Source: Tubulanus polymorphus (taxonomy: Eukaryota; Animalia; Nemertea). Taken from it: a stretch of 64,000 nt of DNA. The notes below the pieces were generated by a model that saw only the letters and a list, made by a program, of their open reading frames with translations, was not told where the DNA came from and did not search any database. Positions 54,396 to 64,000 of this stretch are shown piece after piece. The stretch is from contig NC_134027.1 in assembly GCF_964204645.1 (NCBI RefSeq), positions 7,348,485 through 7,412,484 on the forward strand, in the 5' to 3' direction. The translations under genes were made by a program, and so were the position numbers. The first letter of the stretch is position 1. The number at the start of each line of letters is the position of its first letter.

Positions 54396-57300
54396 ATGAT
54401 GTTTGCCAGCAAAAGATGTTTGGTATTGGCGGTGTTTATGGTTGTCGGGGTGCTTTGCTGCTTCTTTAGAATGTTCAGGTATGGCGGTAGGCTGTCAAAT
54501 CAAACAAGTGAAACGTCAATCAAATTTTGTTACGGGACCACTATCCCCCCAACTCAACTTAAAATAAAGCTTGTTGGATAGTTTTTGGTTTTGCCATTGT
54601 TCTCCTATAGGGTGCTTTTGATGTTTTTTTTTAAGTTTAAGGAATATTATCATCGTATTCTGCAAGAGCCGTGACCTCTTGTATTGAATATGAATATTAT
54701 GAAGCAGTTAAAGGCCGCCAAATTCAGTGTACTGCTACTATGAATGTTGTTATTTTTCAGTTACATGCAACTATTGATGGTTATTTGGGGCTATTTAGCT
54801 GGTCTGCTGTGCGCTTATCAAGCATTTGGGTAAGATAATTACTGGAATATACCAGTAAATTTCTAACACACAGTCAAGTCCGCTTAATTGAACTTGACTG
54901 TACCAAAATCCATTTTATTTGCCTGATGTTAGAATAAAGGTCTTCTATTTTAAGTCACCGCACTGAGGTTCCAAATCTTTTGGTTTTCTTGGAGCGAAAA
55001 CGAAAGGTAAGATTGATAGAATTTGGTTGTAGATAAAAAATTTGTCTTTTCATATAAAAATAAGAATTTCGCATTTTAGGATCGATGTCAAGATGATGAT
55101 GAATTTTTGTTGTTGAAGAAAGTTTGTCCTGTCTGTGGGGAAAGGAACTGCCCTCGGCATAGGTAAGTTATGTCTACAACACTGACCTTGATATTCAATT
55201 TGAGAATTAAAAAAAGAACTTGATTTACTTGCCAAGGCGCCAACAATTTAACAGTATGTTAAACTTTTTAGGCCGGAGTTGAATATCCTGGCATTACAGC
55301 CATGGACAGATCTGAAACTTCCAAGTAGAATTGATACTGCTTTTGAAGAGGTATGTTTTGGTATTCCCATTGGCTACATGGAAATTAATTTCTTATTTGA
55401 TAAACCAAACATGTTTTTATTTCGATTTCAGCTTCTTAGTCTTGTTCTGAAAAATTTTGTATATACATGGTACAGGTAAGTAAAAGTAATAGAATGCGAC
55501 TAGGCAAATTTCTATGTTTTAGGCTAAGATGATGCCACTCGAGTTGGAGGTTTGGCTATATCTTTAATTCATAATTTGACAATATTTTATTCTGAAAAAT
55601 CGGCTTGATTTAATCAAAATGTAGAAGAATATTTTTCAGTTTTCCCCTACAAGCAGCAGCTAGGCCTAACTGTTATTCAATTTCTATGAAAATAATTCTC
55701 ATTTGTATTTGTCTGTAAGCTGTCGGTTCTTTCCATTTCCTACAGAGATATTAGTGATAATGAAGCATTTGTTGATGAATTACGGGCAAGCATGAGATTT
55801 ATGGCTGCAATACTATATAGGAGATTAAAAAAGGTATGTAAATACTATATAATAAATAAGGCGTTTGAAAAAACTGACACCTGATTTACTATTCAGATAT
55901 TTTCAAATGATGTTAATTCAAAGAGCTACCGTACTCCTATGAAGATGCTGACCATGGTTAAGCTTCTCATGACAAATTTATGGTATTGTTCGATATTATT
56001 TAAGATTGATTTGCCGACATTAGTTACTGAGAAGATGATAAATGCTGGTGTCAAACATTTACATTACTATCTTGAAGAACTCAAGAAAGGTTAGTCGTGA
56101 CATTGCAATGGTGAAGAAAATGAAGCTATTAATTGAATGACTTTTATATTTTTATCTTCAGGAGGAAAGAATAGCGATATCCAGCAAGCAATATTTGAAT
56201 CGCTGGGAACAAATTTACATATTGCTGTCCGTAATCGTAACACTGAATTGGATTATTTACGTAAACTTATAGAAAGTCTCTTCCCATACATTTTATCTAA
56301 ACAGTCTCTTAGATGCAGGTAAAAGGCTTGTTCTACCCTCTTTAAGTTGTACACTATTTAATTACATGTGTATATATTTACCTTTTTTTAATTTCACAGG
56401 TCATTGTGTTCATTATTGAGTGAGATATTATCCGGCTCTGTACTATTACCATTGATGGATTTACTAGCTGATCCTGATATCATTAACAAACTGATATTAC
56501 TTCTCATCGATGAGTCTCCAGTAAGTTAAATATTGCTATCAATAATCTTTTGAAATGATATATAATGCATTTTTAAGAGTACCTACCGTAAGTGATTATC
56601 AAATGTTGTTCGATATTCTGTACAGCAAGAAAAGCTGATTTGAATATAATTTTTGTAGCCACCAGTTTGCAATGATCCACTCTCAGATGATGTGACATTA
56701 CTCGCTGACTATGGTGTTCCACTTAGTAACAACAATTCGGTAAGAATGACCTAAAATCAGAAATATTTGTCATTTGAAGTTTCACTGATAGCAACAATTA
56801 CCTACAATTTTTCTGATTCCCTTTCATTTTTGGCGATAATCTCCGAGATGGCTATTATGTGGCAAGTCTATGACATTATTGCAACTGTTAATTTCAGTTC
56901 TTACGTATTGGAGGATTGGCGGATATTCTACAAAATCAAGACGCTTTATTCCCATTTATGCAGTTTTTGAAACAGGAAGCGTCTATCAATGTTCTAATGT
57001 TCTGTTTGGCTGCAGGTATGATAGATCTAATGCGATTTAGTTTGAGTACCGGTAACGGCTTGTTGGATTTCAAATCAAGTGAGAAAATTGTTTTGGATTT
57101 CAGATGATTTCAATCAGAAGATATTGAATCCGGACCTATCGCCTGTGACTAAACAACAGCTGCACACAGAAGCAAATGAAATGTATAACATCTATTTTTC
57201 TCCGTCTGCACCAGATAAGATACTCTTTGATGATGAAATCGTTCAGGAACTGAAAACAAGTTAGTTCTTCCTATGTTGAACCTGAGTAACCTTGCATAGA

Positions 57301-60300
57301 AATTCTGAAGAAGAAAATCAGTGAGTTAAAATAAAACTGCTCCGCGAAAACTACAAGTTTTGATGTGTGTATTTGCAGTCTGCGACTGTCCACCAAATGA
57401 GATCACTAAACTACAGAGAACAACTTGTTTATTTCGAGCTTATGAGCAGGCGTATAATCTACTTGAAAAAACGTTCCTACCCCTATTTCATCAAAGCGAC
57501 GATGTAAGTATTTTTTCATTCACCTTCACTTTTCATCCGTCGTCTATTCATTTGTTTGTCCATTTGCCCATCCATAGACAGAATACGGATATTTTGAGAA
57601 GTGATAAGAATTGTCTTGATATTTCAGTATTACATTTGGCTTTGTGGAAAGAGACATACATTTAGTTCGGTGCGTTCGGCTTCAAGGTATGTAATATCGA
57701 GGCATCAATTCTTTACAGCTTTTCACCAATTCTTAAATAATCATTTAAACTTTAATTTTGTACATATTATCTCATATATTATATGTGTAGTAATCAATAT
57801 CTAACTCATATATATATTTTTGTGCATAACTTCTGCTTCGTTTTGATATAAGCTTCATTTTTTCAATAATAATGAACTACCGGTAATAAAACTGCTGTCA
57901 TCATCTGTGTTGAACCTTTCTCTGCTAGTAGAATATAGATTACAAGCACAGTATCAAAATTTACATAGGAATATGCATTTATTTATTACTAGCTTCATAG
58001 AATATATATATGTATATTTCATTGTTGAGATGTAGGTCTGACTATGGTTCAAGGTGGTCACAGTTGCTATAACGTGATATTCAATCATACATATATATGT
58101 ACTGTTTTATGATTTTATCTCCAAAAAATGGATTTCTTTTTTTAAGCTCTTCGCTATCTCCGAAGCCCGCCAATGCTGTTAGGTAATGAAATGGTTGTAA
58201 CAAAAACATTTGTTGTATACACCCTAAAGTACATTTGTAGCTGTTTTTCCTAAACTGCCATTTTTGAATGTCTGTATATACGTGTACGGTATAGTGTAAA
58301 AGAAATTGAATAGCAATGAGGGGTGTGTCAATATTGGTCTCTGTCTTTGTTCTCCCAAATATACCTGATTTGTATCTTGCTCAGGAAAACATTGCCAATT
58401 GTCTTTCACTTTTAAACTCAAAGGTTCGGGTTAATGTGATTTCATGTCTTCATTTTCAAACCATTAATGAAACATTTTTGATGTGTAAAAAAACAAGAAA
58501 TTATTCACAAACAAAGTACATCTTTTGGGTCATTCATTAATTACGTATGTACACAAATTTAATCGCCGGAGATGCGTTGTGGGGCCATTTCACGGTCTCA
58601 TTCACAGAAGCATGAGAAGTCGTGAGCCAACCACCTAGTACAGAGAACGACGAGCTGCTACGCGGAACAGCGTGCTTTTGAAAAAAGCATAGAAAAACTT
58701 TTGTTTAGCAAAAGCCGCCCCTGCTGCCCCCGTTCTCTGTAAGTTCCCCGGCTCTGAGGTTGGATTGAAATACTTGGATATTATGCATATGTGATCAATG
58801 AACGATCCCTATCAAAATTTGTGGAAATGAAATCAATTAAAAATGTATTAGGTTCATTCTCCTTAAAATATATGTTTAGGTTGTGGTTAGGTTTGTGGAG
58901 AGGTGGTTTGGTGGAGAAATTTGTTGGTCGATGCATATTTGATTGTTTGTTTGACTTCGCATATTACAAAATATCAGGAAAATCTGTTGAGACTTATGTA
59001 TTGCATGGAAGCTTGGATAGGTATACATGTATTACTGTAATCCTTCTAATTTCTTTTTTTTCTGACGGTAGGAAAGCAAAGGCATCAGAACAGTTTGCTT
59101 TATCTAAAATTGGAAACAAATTGAAAGGAGTTTTCAGAAGTCAGACAGGTTTGTTGAAAAAAGCTTGCTATCGAAAAACTGATGATAAAATGGTGATAAA
59201 CCATGGAAAATCATTTTCAAAATATGTTTCTTAATTGTAACCAAGTGATATATATTGTTTTTAGTCGATGGAAAAATAGATCCTGATTTTCTGTTTACTG
59301 ACTCTGCTGAGGATATACTGGTAGGAATATGGATATATATGGCCTTTACTTGAATTTTTGAATTATTGATACATTTTCAAATATCATTTCAATTGTTAGC
59401 ATTTCAAATTACCATATCATTTAGAACGTAATGGCCAGCCACACACAGCCGGGATATACATGTATCGATGATAATCATGCATTTCTTTGCAGGCTGGAAC
59501 AGAAATCCCAACGGAACCATTCCTGGATGAAGAAGATGCAGAGCAGCCAATGCATGATTTGAGTGCATGGCGAGTAAATATACCTTGTATAGAAACCTCA
59601 CCGGACCCTGAAAATCTGAAAAAAGTCATCCATATGTTTTCGATAGAAGTTCGACGACTTGATGTCCTGGAACAAGGTTTGTGTATTGTAGTGAGAAAAT
59701 GTGTTAGTTACGGTATCACAAAAAATTCCTTTGACACATTATCATAACACCTTGGGATATCAGTAAGTATCAAATCAGATAAAAAAATATGTCGAAATTT
59801 TTCCTATTTTTAGATGAATTCCAATCATCAAATTGGACTGTTAATAGGTAAGGCATGTGGAGAATGATCAGACAAGAAAATTCACTCGCAGAAAAATGCA
59901 CAATTCTTTTAACCTTACAATTTCAGGAGATACAATGAGTTTTATGCAATGGAACAAAAACTTCGAGAATTTCATGGTAAGTCGTACTTAATTATTGATG
60001 TGTTTTCATTAGGTAGAATGTATACTGTATCACTATCTTCACTTACAGGTGAATTCCCAGATTGTAAGCCACCACCAAAGAAATCACTTGGCACAAAAAG
60101 CGCTGAATTCCTCGAATCGAAAAGACTCGTTTTTGAGAAGTACCTACAGGTAAATGGAAAATAGCCTGGTTTTCCCTTGTTTGATTTAAGATTCTTATGA
60201 GATGAAAAATTTTCACTTTGTGATCATAAATTGTAGAAATTATTGACGGTTCCAAAACTACGAGGAAGTCAATTATTGTTCACGTTTCTGACGTCTGAGG

Positions 60301-62201
60301 AGGAAATAACCACCAGTTTGTTGCCGGACATCAATTTTGGTAAAATGTTCAAATCTGTTCCGCTAAAATTGATCAAAGAGGTAAGAACAATGTTCGAAGA
60401 TTTGAGAGTTCAGTATTTGGATATCATTTATTGAGTTTCGTGAATTTTGTTGCTTTTCAGAAAGGGCAACATTTAGATCCATTTCTGAATTCATTTTTCA
60501 CGTCGACAGAAGCAGCTAAACCTCGACCAAGGTAGATACTAGCTATCTCAATGATTCCTGAGAAGGATTAGTCAATATTGCACAAGATTGATATGATTGA
60601 ATTATCTGTGTTTTAACCCTTTCAGTGCTGACTAATTAATACCCTATAGTGCTGAAGATAATTTGAAAATTTTCAAAAATTCCACCCTAGTGTGTTGAAC
60701 AACGGGAATACCACTATAGTGCGTCTACACTGCGGTGCGGTGTATCGTTAGTTACTAGTATTTCACTGTTTGACAGGTGCTACCATCTTTCAATAGAGAT
60801 AATTACTAATTACTAATTACATCAATACACCGCAGTGCGGTGTACTAGCAAAATCCATCACTGATTTATACACCGCACTGCGGTGTAGACGCACTGAAAG
60901 GGTTAATTCGAACTTTCACTTTGTGATCATGTAATTTCAGTAATGACGAAAAAGACAGTGATTCTGTGTCGATTTCTAGCGAAAATGTAAGTACTAACTA
61001 TTGTTGTAGTCTTAATGAAATCTGTACTATTATCTCCTCAGATACCGAACAAGTTTTACGATGGATGTATCCCCAATTACCGCAACACATTGGTCGCTAC
61101 CTTATCTAATAGGATTGCCTACATTGAAATCTGTATTATCATTGTAGCTAGCTAATCCAATGTATGAAAACAATGCAAATACAGATTTGCATCTGCCATT
61201 GCCTGAAAACACTAATGGAAATAGTATTACAGCAGATGTAGAAGGCATATTTGATACGATCAAGTATTTAGGTATGGCAACGAATAACGTTCATGATTGA
61301 CTATTGATTTCAAGTTTACTTCATTTGAAGAGTTCGCATTTTAATTGGTAAAAGAATGGTTATTGTAATTGTTTTACAGCCGAATCTGTTTTTGATGTGA
61401 AACCCTGGGTGAAAAAAGCCTTGGCTGCTTTCGGAATGGTGGGCAAACGATCGCTGGAACATTATATTGATTGGTTATTAGGACAGAAGTTTGACCAGGT
61501 TACAGCTGAGCATAGAGTTGTCTCTCTAATACATAGATTAAGAGGTAGAATGATAATTTCAATCATTTTGCTTTGATGTCTAACCCTTGATAACGCTGAT
61601 AATTTTTTTGTTGATTTCATTCTGTAGATGTTTTGTTCTTTGATGAAGAGGCTCCGAGGTAAGGGTGGTTGTATAATTGTATATTTGAAAACTTTCAGTA
61701 TCGTAAATTTTTTTGTTGCTCCATGAATTTGTTTTGATTTTATTTCTAGGACGGATAAAGATAAGATTGCACGCAAAGAAGCAGCTTTGAAAGGGCTGAT
61801 TGAGTACATTCCAAGTAAGAAATGCACAAAGCTTTGATGTTAATTTCATATACAGGGTAGCTCCGTTTTGAAAGCAGTCTCAATTTTGATTTACGGTATT
61901 GATTAACACAGTATAAGCCTAACTTTGATGTTGCAGAAATCGTGGTAATGTTGGTTGGAGAAAAAGTCAATGCGAATGGAGTGACTTTAGTATTTGGGGC
62001 AGTGCAAAATCCTAAACTTAACAAACAGGTAATCAAGTGATGAATATTGAAAATTCGATGAAGAATGCAGATTGTATTGAGCATTTTATCTATTTCCAGT
62101 TATGTTATACGTTGCTCGATTGTTTGTTGGCTGAAATATTTCCCGAATTGGCGGAAGTTGATCCAGAGTCTTCTGGGGCAACAACTCCAGTTAACATTTG
62201 A
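54396..62201 (+). CDS. SNX14: Sorting nexin 14 (TM-PXA-RGS-PX-PXC), about 30 short exons
   Basis: [110 protein letters not shown]; TGA ends at 62201. Confidence 0.95.
60617..60902. mobile_element. piggyBac-type MITE in an SNX14 intron
   Basis: TTAA|ccctttcagtgc ... gcactgaaaggg|TTAA, with subterminal repeats/IR (tacaccgcactgcggtgta). Confidence 0.92.
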
Positions 62202-63139
62202 TAAAAAGATCCTGTATTCTAAGTCTTGACAATCTGTTCTTCGGAGGATCATTCGCTTGTTTGATCTATAAATGTAAAAAATCAGTATATCTAGAATTGT
62301 CTCAATCGTGAATTTAATCTCAAATTTAAATTTGAGTCTCTCAACCATGAATTGTATCATTCTGTTTGACCATTGGCATCAGTGATGAATAAACCTTGAG
62401 TAGGTTAGAAATGTAAAAAATGGAATTTTATGTTAATAATAAAAATGTTAGATTTATTTTAAATTATAGTTTTCTAGTTCTTTTTTCTGAAGCGTGATGG
62501 GTTTGCGATGGATTGTGATGATTCTTTGAAGTGCACTGGTCACAGCTGACAAGCTAGTCCGGTTCCCGCAACTTTTCAACGTGATCGGCTGGTGCTGCCA
62601 CCTTGCGACTTGACGAATATCTTGAGTCGATTGTCGAAGCGGAAAACATATATGTTTTAGCTAAATTCGTTTTAACGTATTTTTTAATACTAAGTCGTCG
62701 TCTGTCGTCACAGGATTTTTTACCGGAATAATTTCGACTACATGGAGCTTCAAATGGACGATTTAAGTTTGGATGATTAAGTGTTTTGAACTTGACAGAA
62801 ACAGTTTTTGGTTGCAGCAGCCAACAACGGCAGCAACAACAACAACAACCATCAAGCCGTTCTTCCGCGTTCCGAGTTTTGTTCGTGTAGACTGTAATAT
62901 AGTGTAATTGTCCTAATCCTACAGCTCTTTTTGTTTTGTGACGTTGCAAGTTGAATAATGGCTGTTGGTGAATTTGATGATGTACATTAATCTCTTGCTG
63001 CATTCACATAATGAGATTTTTGCCTGCTGGCTGGTGTCCGAACATTGGAGGTTCCATTGTTAATGTTGTACTAACTAACTAAAATACTGAATTGGTTGTG
63101 CTGCCTCATAATTAATGCAAAAACAGTAATATAGTCAAG

Positions 63140-64000
63140 ATGGATGATTCACCTGATGATGTTGCGCTTGCAGAATCTGCTATGGATGATACAAGTGCCA
63201 GGTAGCTAATCGTAATGCCCCTGTATACTGTAAATCACTGATCCTTGCCCTGAATCACAGCCACCGGGGAAGGTTCCATGGGGGGCTCGTCGAATAAAGC
63301 TGGGGGTCGAAAAGCAAAGGACCCTAGAAAATTGAAAATATGTTTTCTTCTAAAATGTATCAGAGAAAGGTCATCCTTATTAACGAGATTCTTCCTTTTT
63401 TCTAGAATCTTCAGTAGAGCTTTGAAATGGACTGTGGTCCCAGCTTAATGCCACAACCCCTTGTATTTTGATCTTGCACATACACAGCTTATTTCAGATT
63501 TTGACTTGAAATAGTGTCATGAAAATCACATTTTTTACTCTAAATTACAGAGAAGATGAAGAGGACGGAATATTGGAACCGATGCAGTTTGATGATAGTT
63601 TACCCCCAGGTTGGGGAAGACGATGCGTTCAGCGTGCTGCTGGAGTCTCAGCTGGCAAATGGGATGTTTATTTGATCAGGTGATGGTCACATCTAAGATA
63701 ATTGATGCATTTCAACTGGATTTATTTATTATCGAATATATGTAGTATATGACTTAAATTGATGAATATACTAATATATCATCCTTTTGATATATTTTCA
63801 GTCCGGATGGGAGAAAGTTCAAATCGAGGGGTCAGTTACAGTCGTATTTCGATAGAAAAAATATCACAGAATATACGGCTGAGGATTTCGATTTCACCGT
63901 TCGAGGTCGTTCTAATTTTGGCCTGCGCGTCAAACGCCAAGGAGCAACGATCCCGGAAAATGCAGTTGATGAAAAAAAGAAGGTTTCAAAGAAAGGAAAA
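63140..64000 (+). CDS. Methyl-CpG-binding domain protein, MBD4/MeCP2 type; 5' part, runs off the window
   Basis: Exons 63140-63201, 63551-63679 and 63802-: [46 protein letters not shown]...DFDFTVRG. Confidence 0.9.

Noticed and set aside
62554-63003. 149-aa minus-strand ORF with poly-Cys
   Set aside because: The Cys run comes from a short (CAA)n repeat in the probable 5' region of the MBD gene; no family features.
5409-64000. CBLL1, METTL4 and an MBD gene as a methylation gene cluster
   Set aside because: They are separated by many unrelated genes, and nothing argues against chance proximity in a gene-dense genome.

Overview
AT-rich, gene-dense animal genomic DNA with many short (~70-130 nt) spliceosomal introns. 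A FaNaC-type channel suggests a lophotrochozoan (inference). Nothing prokaryotic was seen, and no CRISPR, rRNA or tRNA. Genes left to right: 3' part of WASHC4 (+; two alternative last exons, one polyproline), CBLL1/Hakai (-), a two-exon Gfo/Idh/MocA oxidoreductase (+), INTS13 (-) with a FaNaC-like DEG/ENaC gene nested antisense in one intron, an uncharacterised protein with a papain/C39-like Cys-His-Asn domain (+), MRPS17 (-), a secreted PAN/apple-domain gene (+), a CR1/L2-group LINE (-), a GPCR pseudogene, an Ig/FN3 type-I membrane protein (-), an intronless peptide GPCR (+), METTL4 (-), a LINE 3' remnant, SNX14 (+) and the start of an MBD4/MeCP2-type gene (+). About ten MITE/foldback elements are present. 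The top finding is a very recent 4.19 kb tandem duplication (27905-32091 / 32097-36280). Its junction joins the MRPS17 promoter, exon 1 and intron, in frame across a single TGA, to an intact endonuclease-less LINE reverse-transcriptase ORF. All gene calls rest on remembered protein families and manual splice/frame checks; no database search was run.
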